The notes under the pieces were generated by a model that worked only from the letters and a program-made list of their open reading frames with translations, was not told the DNA's origin and ran no database searches. Below are positions 48,635-58,676 of a stretch of 64,000 bases of DNA, piece by piece. Numbering within the stretch: the first letter of the stretch is position 1; each line of letters starts with the position of its first letter. This DNA comes from Candidatus Poribacteria bacterium. Lineage in GTDB: Bacteria; Poribacteria; WGA-4E; WGA-3G. A program made the position numbers and the translations under genes. Location: NCBI GenBank assembly GCA_965214095.1, contig OZ243938.1, positions 160,001-224,000 of the forward strand, read 5' to 3'.

Positions 48635-51142
48635 ATGAGATATGCTATGCAAGACTATCAACCAATCTCTCTCACCGATCTGTGTAACGTCAACGGAGAA
48701 ATAATCGGCACAAACGCAAAACCAACATTAGGACTACAAACATTCCATGGACTCCCATTTCACATCTCTGAAGGTGAAAAGAGTTTTTTGGGTTTTGGTG
48801 ATGGTGTCAATGTAGACGCGATAAATATTCCTGTGAATGCAAAACCGAAGCGGATCATCATAGCACACCGGCTGCTTGAATCCCGTATCCATGAAGGCGA
48901 ACCGATTGGAAAATGCATCGCTAACTATGTATTCCATTATGCAAATGGCGAACAGGAAAGTGTGCCAATCCGTGAACGTTTTGAGATCGGCAGCGTACCA
49001 CAAGGATGGGGACAACAGACATTCATTGCTGTCCCTGATACAAAAGAAAGTTTGCATGCACGACATCAAGGACCGTGGGGTTCTGCAGGAAATCGACAAA
49101 CAGAAGCACTGCAATGTGTTCCTCGCAACTACTACCTATGGATTTGGAAAAACCCGCATCCTGATGTTGAGGTGACTTCAATAGAGATTCAACCACAAGA
49201 GCGCAAGTTTATCATTGCAGCAATCACACTTGGACATCTTGATGAAGACCCGATCCCACGTCATCCAAACCGTGAAGTTAAAATCACACTCCCACAACCA
49301 GAGGATGCAGATAAACCTTTTGACATGGAAGTCAATGTTGACCGCGGCACCGCAACCTATCCGTATCCTTTACCAGAGAACCCAGTTGATGCATTTCTCA
49401 ATGACGATTTCAAAGGTTGGGGAGAATACCAAAACAACAAAAGCAGTCCAGTCTACACTGAGATATCCGCCACACCTTCTGCAACCGTTGAAGTAAAGAA
49501 TCAAGGTGAATCCCTCGGTGAAGTCAACTGGGGTGAACTCCAAGATAAAGGTATTGTTCAACCGAATGATCGTGTCAAAGTGGAAGTGATTGATACCGGT
49601 AGAAACTGGGTACATACCACCGTGATTGACGAAGAGACGAACAAACCTGTCCCCTGTCGCGTCCACTTCCGTTCACCGCACGGTGTTCCGTACGCACCAC
49701 ATGGACACCACGCACATGTAAATTCAAACATGGGAACTTGGCACGTAGATATTGGCGGAGATGTGCGTTTAGGACAGATAAGTTATGCCTATATTGATGG
49801 CACTTGTCAGGGATGGTTACCTCGTGGCGATGTTATCGTCGATGTTGCCCGAGGATTTGAATATACGCCAATACGCACTACCATCAGCATCAAACCAGGA
49901 CAACGTGAGTTGACACTGCGAATAAAACGTTGGTGCAATATGAACACCGAACGCTACTTCAGCGGTGATACGCACGTCCACTTCCTATCTACACAAGGTG
50001 CACATACCGAAGCACAAGGTGAAGACCTTGGTGTTGTCAATCTGCTCCTATCTCAATGGGGACATCTCTTTACCAATACTGAGGAATTCATCGGAAGACC
50101 CACAACATCTGCTGATGGTCAAAGCATCGTCTATGCAACGCAGGAGAACAGACAGCATGTTCTTGGACATCTCACACTTCTCGGATTAAAAGAACAGGTT
50201 TCACCGTGGTGCTCAGATGGACCTGGTGAAGCAGAACTCGGTGGAAACTTAGAGGTCACGCTATCTCACTGGGCAGATGCATGTCATGCACAAGGTGGCA
50301 CCGTCGTTTTGCCTCACATTCCAAATCCAAACTGTGAACCTGCAACACTCATTGCAACGGAACGCGTAGACGCTGTTGAATACCTTACCAACGCTATGTA
50401 TGGACATATTGAATACTATCGCTACCTCAATTGTGGATATAAATTACCACTGGTCGGTGGGACAGATAAGATGACTGCTGATGTACCTGTAGGTGTCTAC
50501 AGAACATACACTCACATACCCGATGACGAAGAATTCAACTACGAGAACTGGTGCAAATATATGAGTGCAGGTAACACCTTCCTTAGCGGTGGACCGATAA
50601 TTCGTATGACTGTAAACGGTCAACCCATCGGAAGCACGATCAACCTACCGGGGAATGGTGGCACAGTTGAAGTAGAGGCATCAGCAGATTCTATCTTTCC
50701 TATTCATACCTTGCAAATTGTGCAAGCAGGAGGAGTTGTCGCTTCTACGGAGGAAAGCAACGGTTCTCATAATCTATCTATCAAAGCAAAACTGAAGGTT
50801 GATAAACATTCGTGGATTGCTGCCCGATGCGGTGGACCGAACTATGCACAAGCAATTCCACATCACGATGGATGGAGACGTGGAATCATCGCACATACAT
50901 CTCCAATTTATATCGCTGTCGGAGAGGAATGGTGGATGTTCGATCCAGAAACAGCAAACTATATGCTAACATTGATAGAAGGGGGACTGTCCTACATTCA
51001 ACAATCCGCCAGACATCATGAACCGGGAACAGTAACGCATCATCACGGTGAAGACAATCATTTGGAATATCTCTCACGCCCTTTCCAAGAAGCACGCGAA
51101 GCGATACACAAACGAATGCATCAGTTAGGAATTCCACATTAA
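48635..51142 (+). CDS. CehA/McbA family (PHP-like) metallohydrolase
   Basis: SGDTHVH, QENR, YYRYLNCG..LP..GGTD, GNTF.SGGP, AHTSPIY. Confidence 0.8.
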   Translation: MRYAMQDYQPISLTDLCNVNGEIIGTNAKPTLGLQTFHGLPFHISEGEKSFLGFGDGVNVDAINIPVNAKPKRIIIAHRLLESRIHEGEPIGKCIANYVFHYANGEQESVPIRERFEIGSVPQGWGQQTFIAVPDTKESLHARHQGPWGSAGNRQTEALQCVPRNYYLWIWKNPHPDVEVTSIEIQPQERKFIIAAITLGHLDEDPIPRHPNREVKITLPQPEDADKPFDMEVNVDRGTATYPYPLPENPVDAFLNDDFKGWGEYQNNKSSPVYTEISATPSATVEVKNQGESLGEVNWGELQDKGIVQPNDRVKVEVIDTGRNWVHTTVIDEETNKPVPCRVHFRSPHGVPYAPHGHHAHVNSNMGTWHVDIGGDVRLGQISYAYIDGTCQGWLPRGDVIVDVARGFEYTPIRTTISIKPGQRELTLRIKRWCNMNTERYFSGDTHVHFLSTQGAHTEAQGEDLGVVNLLLSQWGHLFTNTEEFIGRPTTSADGQSIVYATQENRQHVLGHLTLLGLKEQVSPWCSDGPGEAELGGNLEVTLSHWADACHAQGGTVVLPHIPNPNCEPATLIATERVDAVEYLTNAMYGHIEYYRYLNCGYKLPLVGGTDKMTADVPVGVYRTYTHIPDDEEFNYENWCKYMSAGNTFLSGGPIIRMTVNGQPIGSTINLPGNGGTVEVEASADSIFPIHTLQIVQAGGVVASTEESNGSHNLSIKAKLKVDKHSWIAARCGGPNYAQAIPHHDGWRRGIIAHTSPIYIAVGEEWWMFDPETANYMLTLIEGGLSYIQQSARHHEPGTVTHHHGEDNHLEYLSRPFQEAREAIHKRMHQLGIPH

Positions 51143-51160
51143 GAGACATAACATTCATTC

Positions 51161-51237
51161 ACGGCACACAGAGTATACTTATTACTTTTCATTCGTTGTA
51201 TTATGTTTACGGCACACGGAGTGTGCCTACTACTTTT
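51161..51237 (-). repeat. Two copies of a GTAG-type REP (family C), 48-bp period
   Basis: ACGGCACACGGAGTGTGCCTACTACTTTT (51209-37) and a degenerate copy at 51161-89. Confidence 0.65.
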
Positions 51238-51248
51238 AAGGAGAAAAT

Positions 51249-52220
51249 ATGCCAAAAGAATTAGTCGCAGTTGCCCCGCGGCAACCTGTGTTAAGAGACT
51301 ATGAAGATGGACCTGTTCCTGATAATAGCGTCCGTGTCCAAATTGAATTCGGGGCACCAAAACGCGGTACCGAGATGACCATGTATTATGGAAATAGAGG
51401 GGCAGGATTCCCTCACGGCCTCGGGAATATGTGTGTTGGAAAGATAATAGAAATCGGTGAAAATGTTGAAAACTGCGAAGTAGGAGAACTTGTTGCAGGA
51501 CACGGACACCTCAAAGAAACACATACATGGAATGCGAACGGTGTGCTAAAGATGACAGACAAGATGACATGGAAAGATGCTGTCTGTTATGACCCCGCAC
51601 ACTTTGCATTATCCGCTATCCGTGATGGACAGGTGCGAGTTGGTGACCGTGTCGCAGTCTTCGGTCTCGGTGCAATCGGATTGGTGACACAACAATATGC
51701 GAAAGAAGCAGGTGCTGATTTTATTGCTTGTGTTGACCCCATTGAGAGACGGCGCGCTGTCGCAGAAAAGACCGGTGCCGATCTCGTCTTAGATCCAACT
51801 GCATGTAATGTCGGTGAAGTACTGAAAGAAGCAACAGGGGGATTAGGTCTTGATGTTGCAATTGAAACAAGTGCGAATTATAATGCTCTTGACGATGCAA
51901 TTCGGAGTGTCGCATTTGAAGGCACAGTCGTCGTGGCAGGTTGGGCAAAAGAGTGCACTGGTGGATTAGACCTCGGTGCTGTTGCACATTTCAACATACC
52001 AAACCTAATCTTTGCACGTGCTAATAGCGATCCAAACCGTGACCATCCACGTTGGAACTTCGGACGTATCAGAGAAACTTGTTGGAAATGGCTCGCTGAA
52101 GGTCGGTTTGACTGTGAAGATATTATTGACCCTGTTGTACCTTTTGAAGACTCCGTTGAGGCATACATTGAAATGGACAATCATCCTGAACGTAGTGTCA
52201 AATTAGGTGTGTCATTCTAA
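51249..52220 (+). CDS. Medium-chain (zinc-type) alcohol dehydrogenase family protein
   Basis: GTE, VAVFGLGAIG, GLDVAIE. Confidence 0.85.
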   Translation: MPKELVAVAPRQPVLRDYEDGPVPDNSVRVQIEFGAPKRGTEMTMYYGNRGAGFPHGLGNMCVGKIIEIGENVENCEVGELVAGHGHLKETHTWNANGVLKMTDKMTWKDAVCYDPAHFALSAIRDGQVRVGDRVAVFGLGAIGLVTQQYAKEAGADFIACVDPIERRRAVAEKTGADLVLDPTACNVGEVLKEATGGLGLDVAIETSANYNALDDAIRSVAFEGTVVVAGWAKECTGGLDLGAVAHFNIPNLIFARANSDPNRDHPRWNFGRIRETCWKWLAEGRFDCEDIIDPVVPFEDSVEAYIEMDNHPERSVKLGVSF

Positions 52221-52273
52221 AAGAGACAAACTAATACCATTTCAAATTGACCATCTAACATTAAGAAGACCTC

Positions 52274-52303
52274 GTTTGTAGTCGCGCAATTCATTGCGCC
52301 TCT
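52274..52303 (+). repeat. GTAG-type REP-like palindrome (family A)
   Basis: GTTTGTAGTCGCGCAATTCATTGCGCCTCT, flanked by AGACCTC/GAGGTCT. Confidence 0.85.
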
Positions 52304-52355
52304 TATGAGGTCTCTGTGCCTCGCCATTGTATATCATAGATAATACCATGTAAAT

Positions 52356-52907
52356 TTATGCAGCAGTCAGTATTTCAACCGCCTTCTCCAAAGCCTTTTC
52401 CTCAACTTTCAATTTCGCATTTTCAACTTCACGCTTAACATACGTCACAGTATGTTCAAGGTTCATCGGTGTCGCAATATCCTCGATTATTTTATGGAGA
52501 CGTTTAACATCTGTTTTCTTTATTCCTGTCTGTTCTTCTACGCGAGCGTGTAATTCTGCAGGCGTTTCAAGTTCCTCTACTTTCTTATCCGATTTTTTTG
52601 TCGTAGGTTTCGCTGTTTTAGTGGATCTTGTCCGTTTACGCGGCGTAGATTTCTGTATTTTACCAACACCTAACGCTTTAACACCACATTCCTTACATAA
52701 TTTTGCCGTAACGTCCGCCAATGTCATAGTAACAATCACTTCACTAATAGCACCACACAATTCACACTCCGTAAGACCTTCAATTCCTGCAAGGATATCA
52801 GTATGAAGTGCTAACATCTTCTGTTTATCAGTCTTTGTCGGTTTCTCTTTCTGACATAATACAATCAGTTTCTGGGCAGATTTCTCAATATTGTCTAATT
52901 TTCCCAT
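52356..52907 (-). CDS. Hypothetical protein with CxxC...CxxC zinc ribbon and Lys/Arg-rich linker
   Basis: GGAGGTG RBS before ATG 52907; CELC...CKEC; KSTPRKRTRSTKTAKPTTKK. Confidence 0.7.
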   Translation of the reverse strand: MGKLDNIEKSAQKLIVLCQKEKPTKTDKQKMLALHTDILAGIEGLTECELCGAISEVIVTMTLADVTAKLCKECGVKALGVGKIQKSTPRKRTRSTKTAKPTTKKSDKKVEELETPAELHARVEEQTGIKKTDVKRLHKIIEDIATPMNLEHTVTYVKREVENAKLKVEEKALEKAVEILTAA

Positions 52908-52919
52908 GTCACACCTCCA

Positions 52920-52963
52920 ATATATGTTATAATTAGTATAACATATATGAAAATATCTGTCAA
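52920..52963 (-). promoter_or_regulatory. Sigma70 promoter overlapped by a perfect 12-bp operator-like palindrome
   Basis: Minus strand TTGACA-17 nt-TATACT with TGn; ATATATGTTATA-N5-TATAACATATAT at 52920-52948. Confidence 0.7.
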
Positions 52964-52989
52964 GGAAGTTTAGAGGAAATCCATCCAAT

Positions 52990-54561
52990 TCAACTGATTG
53001 AATGTTTATCTTTATGCAGCTTATATTCAAAACTATCAATCAGTGCTTCAAAACTTGCCGAGATGATATTCTCTGAAACACCGACCGTCCGCCAACTATT
53101 TTTGCCATCCCCCGCTTCAATCAGGACACGCACTTTTGAACCAGTACCTGCTTTGGTATCCAAAACTCGAACCTTGTAATCTATCAATCGCACTTTCTGC
53201 AATACGGGATAATATTGCTCCAATGCCTTTCTTAACGCAGTATCCAATGCATTGACCGGACCATCACCATCTGCTGCGGTATGCGTTGTGCTATCATCTG
53301 GCGTTGTTATTTTAACTGTAGCTTCTGAACGCATTGTTAGGTCTGAGAACTTTTCAATAATTACACGGAAACCGAGATGCTCAAAAAACGATTCATAATC
53401 ATTAAATACGCTATGCGTTAGTAACTCAAACGATGCTTCCGCGGCTTCATACTGATATCCTTCACTCTCTGCCTCTTTCAACCGATTAAAGAGTTCTAAC
53501 ACCTGTGGAGAGTTCTTATCATAATCGGGATATTCCTTCTCAATCTTCTTCATGATAGTTCCACGACCTGCTTGATCAGAGACGAGAATACGTTGTGTAT
53601 TCCCAACTTTTTCTGGTTCAATATGTTCGTAAGTCAGACGGTTTTTTCGGATTGCATCTGTGTGTAATCCACCTTTGTGCGCAAACGCAGAACGACCAAC
53701 ATACGGCTGTCGTTCATCATGTGGAAGGTTCGCTAACTCACTTACTAATCTGGATACTCTTGTAATTGACTGTAGTTGCGTTTCACTGATACATTCTATA
53801 CCCAGTTTCAATTGGATCGTAGGAATAATTGATGCAAGATTTGCGTTTCCACAACGTTCTCCATATCCGTTGAATGTTCCTTGAACATGATTAGCTCCTG
53901 CTTGAACTGCTAAAACGGAGTTTGCTGCCCCCATACCTGCGTCGTTATGTGCATGAATGCCGATTGGTAAAGAAAAAGAAGACATCGCAGTTTTCACACC
54001 TTCTTGTATTTCTATAGGCAACCTGCCACCATTTGTATCGCATAAAACTAAACATTTTGCCCCGCCAGAAGTAGCAGCCTGAAGTGTTTCAATAGCATAT
54101 TCTGGGTCATCAGCATACCCATCAAAAAAGTGTTCGGCGTCGTATATGACTTCGCGTCCATTCTCCACAAGATACCGAACAGAACTCTCAATTATATTTA
54201 AGTTCTCTTCCGCTGAAACACGTAGGACATCAGTCGCATGCAAACGCCATGTCTTACCAAAAATCGTAACTATTCTGGCACCAGTATCCAACAATGCTAA
54301 TAGATTGGGATCTTCATGAGGTTCAAAGGTGGGATAACGAGTACTACCGAATGGTACAATAGTTGCTGTTTCTAATCTCATACCTTTGGCACGTTTGAAG
54401 AACTCTATATCTTTGGGATTGGAACCGGGATATCCACCCTCAATGTAGCGGATACCTAATTTATCAAGTTTTTCTATTATAATAAGTTTATCTTCTACAG
54501 AAAAGGCAACTCCTTCTGCTTGGCTTCCATCGCGAAGTGTTGTATCGTAAAATTCAACCAT
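52990..54561 (-). CDS. cimA: Citramalate synthase
   Basis: YDTTLRDGSQAEG, EGGYPGSNPKD, DAEHFFDG, IHAHND, NGYGERCGN, AFAHKGG, DYKVRVL. Confidence 0.9.
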   Translation of the reverse strand: MVEFYDTTLRDGSQAEGVAFSVEDKLIIIEKLDKLGIRYIEGGYPGSNPKDIEFFKRAKGMRLETATIVPFGSTRYPTFEPHEDPNLLALLDTGARIVTIFGKTWRLHATDVLRVSAEENLNIIESSVRYLVENGREVIYDAEHFFDGYADDPEYAIETLQAATSGGAKCLVLCDTNGGRLPIEIQEGVKTAMSSFSLPIGIHAHNDAGMGAANSVLAVQAGANHVQGTFNGYGERCGNANLASIIPTIQLKLGIECISETQLQSITRVSRLVSELANLPHDERQPYVGRSAFAHKGGLHTDAIRKNRLTYEHIEPEKVGNTQRILVSDQAGRGTIMKKIEKEYPDYDKNSPQVLELFNRLKEAESEGYQYEAAEASFELLTHSVFNDYESFFEHLGFRVIIEKFSDLTMRSEATVKITTPDDSTTHTAADGDGPVNALDTALRKALEQYYPVLQKVRLIDYKVRVLDTKAGTGSKVRVLIEAGDGKNSWRTVGVSENIISASFEALIDSFEYKLHKDKHSIS

Positions 54562-54888
54562 GTTTTTTTAACAGTATGTTTTGCTTTAAGTTATTTTTGG
54601 ATAGAAAATAACAACTTTGAACGCAAAAATCCGTGTCTCCTTAATGTGGTGGTACCCTTTTTTCTAAACAAAATTTTATCATAAACCTCCTCAAAAGTCA
54701 AGAATATTGTGATTTGCAATACGAACCATCAAACGAACTAAGGAGTATTTGTTTGGAGTGATTCCAAGACCGAAAAGCCTGGTTAAGACAAATACCAAAG
54801 ACTTCAACACTACGCACACAATTCTAATTGGACAAACAAACAAATATATGGTAATCTGCATATCAAGATAATTTGGAAAAAGGAAAAT

Positions 54889-56325
54889 ATGATGGACCAT
54901 AAGGAACAACTCATTCAAGAACTTACTGACATACTCGGAAAAAGAAATGTTTTAACAGACCCAACTGCTCTGTCAGTTTATGAATGTGATGCCGCACCTT
55001 CATTCAAGGCACTACCGGATGTAGTCGTTTTTGGTGATACTACGCAACAGGTGTCGGATATAGTAAAAATAGCGAATAAATTCAACACACCCTTCATCGC
55101 ACGAGGCGGAGGAACGGGATTGAGTGGAGGTATGCTTTCTGTTCAAGGTGGTATTATTATTGCTCTCAACCGAATGGATCGCATCTTGGAAATTGATATT
55201 GAAAACGAAAGAGCAGTTGTAGAACCCGGTGTTGTCAATCTTCTCCTGTCTCAAGCTGTACAAAGTCAAGGTTACCATTATGCACCCGACCCGTCAAGCC
55301 AGAAGGCATGCACCATCGGTGGCAACATCGCTGAAAACTCAGGTGGTCCACATACTTTAAAATACGGTGTTACTTCTGACCATATTATCGGGATGGAAGT
55401 GGTGATGCCTGATGGTGAGATAATGGAGTTAGGTGGCGAAGTTGAAGAGGCACTTGGATATGACCTACGCGGCTTGTTCATCGCATCCGAAGGAACTTTT
55501 GGTATCGTGACCAAAGCTACAGTCCGACTTACGCGGAATCCACAAGCATATCAAACTGCACTTGCAGTATTTGACAGAATGGATGATGCATCTAACGCTG
55601 TTTCAACGATAATCGGTGCCGGTATAATTCCAGCAGCCCTTGAAATGATGGATACACTTGTTATCCAAGCATTGGAGGAGGCGTTCCAGTTCGGTTTTCC
55701 ACTTGATGCTGAGGCAATCCTTATCGTGGAACTTGACGGAATAGAAACCGGCATGCAGAATCAGACTGATAGGATTCTGGAAATATTCAATCAACATAAT
55801 GCGCGTGAGGTGAACTATGCTAAAGATGATGCTGAACGTCAAGAACTGTGGAAAGCACGCAAAAGCGCATTCGGTTCATTCGGTAGACTTGCTCCGAACT
55901 ACATTACTCAAGATGGTGTCGTGCCTCGCACAACGTTACCAAAGGTGTTAAGACGAATATCTGAGATCTCAGAGAAATATCAGATTGCAATAGCAAATGT
56001 ATTCCATGCTGGTGATGGTAATATACATCCGATTGTACTGTTTGATGAACGTGATGCCGACCAATGTGAACGTGTGGAACATGTGAACAAAGAAATACTA
56101 ACTGTCTGTGCGGAAGTCGGAGGAACTATCACTGGGGAACACGGAATAGGCGTTGAAAAGCTGGATTATATGCCACTTATCTTCAGTCCTGCAGATTTGC
56201 AGGTGATGTCAAATGTAAAAGACATCTTCAATCCAACAGGACTCTGTAATCCCGGTAAAATCTTTCCAACTCCTGAATCCTATCAAAAACTCGGTCTGTC
56301 AAAAGATAACCTTATTCAAAACTAA
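54889..56325 (+). CDS. glcD: FAD-linked glycolate/lactate oxidase subunit
   Basis: ARGGGTGLSGG, YAPDPSSQ.ACTIGGN.AENSGG, FHAGDGN.HP, GEHGIG. Confidence 0.82.
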   Translation: MMDHKEQLIQELTDILGKRNVLTDPTALSVYECDAAPSFKALPDVVVFGDTTQQVSDIVKIANKFNTPFIARGGGTGLSGGMLSVQGGIIIALNRMDRILEIDIENERAVVEPGVVNLLLSQAVQSQGYHYAPDPSSQKACTIGGNIAENSGGPHTLKYGVTSDHIIGMEVVMPDGEIMELGGEVEEALGYDLRGLFIASEGTFGIVTKATVRLTRNPQAYQTALAVFDRMDDASNAVSTIIGAGIIPAALEMMDTLVIQALEEAFQFGFPLDAEAILIVELDGIETGMQNQTDRILEIFNQHNAREVNYAKDDAERQELWKARKSAFGSFGRLAPNYITQDGVVPRTTLPKVLRRISEISEKYQIAIANVFHAGDGNIHPIVLFDERDADQCERVEHVNKEILTVCAEVGGTITGEHGIGVEKLDYMPLIFSPADLQVMSNVKDIFNPTGLCNPGKIFPTPESYQKLGLSKDNLIQN

Positions 56326-56351
56326 TTCCGAATTGGATAGGGTATACGATA

Positions 56352-56550
56352 ATGAAATACGACAAAACCAACCGAACTTATGACTGTGAACCGACACTCA
56401 CAGATATACAAGTGCTGCAGTATTACCATGATGGATTCCTATAACTAAGAAGCAGCAGATGAAGCTGCGAAAGCAGGTATGAGTTTATACGCACTTGTCG
56501 CAAAGAAATTGAATACAATAGTTCCAATTGTTAAAGAAGATACAAAATAA
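56352..56550 (+). pseudogene. Probable deletion scar: 5' stub of a PhyH-like gene joined to a 3' stub of an RHH/HicB-like gene
   Basis: MKYDKTNRTYDCEPTLTDIQVLQYYHDGFL* (56352-56444), then start-less EAADEAAKAGMSLYALVAKKL...* (56449-56550). Confidence 0.45.
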
Positions 56551-56594
56551 TGATATGTAATATCTAAACTCATGATTCTATATCGGAGTACAAA

Positions 56595-57611
56595 TTGAAA
56601 ATAGCAGTTCTTTCCTATAGCCACCACGGACGGAGTATGGCACAAACAGCACAATCACTCGGACACGAAATCGTTGGTGTAATGGATGCTGAACATTCAC
56701 CCCGCGAACAGTTAGCACATCACTTTCAATCACCAGCATTTGATACTGCTGACAACTGTCTTGATGCTACTAAACCTGACGCGGCACTTGTCGCAGGGAA
56801 GCATACCGAGATGCCATCTCACGTGCAGGCTTGTGTTGACAGACGTATTCCATATCTGCTTGATAAGCCGTTTGCTGATAGTGCAGAAAGTCTACGTCCT
56901 GTGGCAGAAGCATCCGAAGAGCATGGGGTAATCAGTGCGCTTGTGTTGCCGAATCGAGTTAGCAGAATTGTGAGTGTTGTCAAAGAATTGCTTGAGGATG
57001 GCAGCTTAGGTGAACTTGTACTATACAACAGCAGACTAAACAACGGTCCTCCTACACGTTATGATCCCACACCATCCTATTGGCACAACGATCCGAGCAT
57101 TTCTGGTGGCGGGTGTTGGGCAGTTGAAGCTGCACACGGTATTGATACATTCCTCCAGTTTGTTGGTGATCAGGAAATCACGGTTGTCGGTTCGGTGATG
57201 TCAAACGCAATGTATGGTCGCGTTGTAGAAGATAACGGAATTGGTGTATTAAGAACAGAAAACGGTATCACTGGTATCATAGAATCAGGTTATACATATC
57301 CATCAGGTAAACGTGGTGGTGATCACTTCTTCCGATTTATCGGTACAAAGGCATCAGTATTTGAACAGTATGGCAAAGACGGTGAACCGCTGATTGAAGT
57401 GCATACCACAGAAGGAGTACAGTTCAGCGAGGACATATCACACGGTGCGAGAATAAAAGGGATTATGGCAAATGCATTTGATGCTATTCGTGATGGCAAC
57501 TCCTTTGATCCATCTGTTGTTGATGCTGTGCGAATACTTGAAGTTCAGGATGCTGTTTATACGCATGCCCGACAAAGTGAGGCATCGAACGGTCCCTATC
57601 CTTTGGGATAA
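56595..57611 (+). CDS. Gfo/Idh/MocA family oxidoreductase
   Basis: LDKP, SGGGCWAVEAAHGID. Confidence 0.85.
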   Translation: MKIAVLSYSHHGRSMAQTAQSLGHEIVGVMDAEHSPREQLAHHFQSPAFDTADNCLDATKPDAALVAGKHTEMPSHVQACVDRRIPYLLDKPFADSAESLRPVAEASEEHGVISALVLPNRVSRIVSVVKELLEDGSLGELVLYNSRLNNGPPTRYDPTPSYWHNDPSISGGGCWAVEAAHGIDTFLQFVGDQEITVVGSVMSNAMYGRVVEDNGIGVLRTENGITGIIESGYTYPSGKRGGDHFFRFIGTKASVFEQYGKDGEPLIEVHTTEGVQFSEDISHGARIKGIMANAFDAIRDGNSFDPSVVDAVRILEVQDAVYTHARQSEASNGPYPLG

Positions 57612-57643
57612 TCTAATCCAAAAAAGTTATAAAGGATTCAAAA

Positions 57644-58597
57644 ATGGCAAAATCAAAAAATATAGAAATACTACCTCCAGAATCAGAATTAGAAGAGGTC
57701 TATGGTAATGCACATTTCACTGAAGGACCAACCGTTGCACCAGATGGGTCGGTCTTTTTCAGTGACATCACCTTCACACATCAAGCTGATATGCAAGCCG
57801 GACATATTATGAGATACGATCCTGCGACTAACGAGACAACTGTATTCCGTTCGCCGAGTGGCATGTCAAACGGGATGAAGTTTGATGCGCACGGACGATT
57901 GGTTGTTGCAGAAGGTGCAGATTTCGGTGGCAGACGGATTACCCGAACCGATATGAAAACGGGTAAAAGCGACATCATTGCTGGACTATACGAAGGCAGA
58001 CCATTCAACTCCCCAAATGACCTTACGATAGATGAACAGGGACGAATCTATTTCACTGATCCGCGTTACGTTGGCAATGAACCGGTTGAACAACCTGTTA
58101 TGGGTGTTTATAGAATTGACCTTGATGGTTCTGTGCACCTCCTTATTGCTGATTCTGGGAAACCTAACGGTATTGCGGTATCACCTGACCAGAAAACGCT
58201 TTATGTCGGTAGTAATGACAGCGGTTCGTTTCGTGAGTTGCCAGATGAAATGCCAACCTATACGGGTCGCATGGCTCTCCTTGCTTATGATTTGTCATCT
58301 GATGGTACTGCTACATACCGAGAAACACTCGTTGATTATCATCCAGAACACGGACCTGATGGATTTGAAGTTGATGTTGAAGGCAATCTTTATGTTGCTG
58401 TTCGTGATGCCACTCGGTTTGGTATCTGTGTCTATTCTCCAGACGGAACAGAATTGGCATATATTAAGACACCTGAATTGCCTACCAATGTTGCCTTTGG
58501 TCGTGGTGATGCAAGTAAGATACTTTATATCACCGCGGGTGGTAGCCTCCATAGAATTCGTGTTGCGAAAGATGGGTATCATCTTCCGCAGAAATAA
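57644..58597 (+). CDS. SMP-30/gluconolactonase/LRE family protein
   Basis: FTEGP, SNG, FNSPND, YFTDP, PNG, PDG. Confidence 0.92.
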   Translation: MAKSKNIEILPPESELEEVYGNAHFTEGPTVAPDGSVFFSDITFTHQADMQAGHIMRYDPATNETTVFRSPSGMSNGMKFDAHGRLVVAEGADFGGRRITRTDMKTGKSDIIAGLYEGRPFNSPNDLTIDEQGRIYFTDPRYVGNEPVEQPVMGVYRIDLDGSVHLLIADSGKPNGIAVSPDQKTLYVGSNDSGSFRELPDEMPTYTGRMALLAYDLSSDGTATYRETLVDYHPEHGPDGFEVDVEGNLYVAVRDATRFGICVYSPDGTELAYIKTPELPTNVAFGRGDASKILYITAGGSLHRIRVAKDGYHLPQK

Positions 58598-58636
58598 TAC
58601 CAATTCGATACGGATTCCCTAATGAAATGTAATTTA

Positions 58637-58666
58637 AGAGGCGCAATGAATTGCGCGACTACGAAC
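58637..58666 (-). repeat. GTAG-type REP-like palindrome (family A)
   Basis: AGAGGCGCAATGAATTGCGCGACTACGAAC between convergent genes. Confidence 0.85.
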
Positions 58667-58676
58667 CAGTTCTTTC

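Noticed and set aside
52908-53039. N-terminal extension of the 227-aa ORF
   Set aside because: It covers the promoter/operator and overlaps cimA; the RBS supports ATG 52907.
54641-54660. T-box-like GGTGGTACC near cimA
   Set aside because: It is on the opposite strand to cimA, with no stem I, antiterminator partner or terminator.
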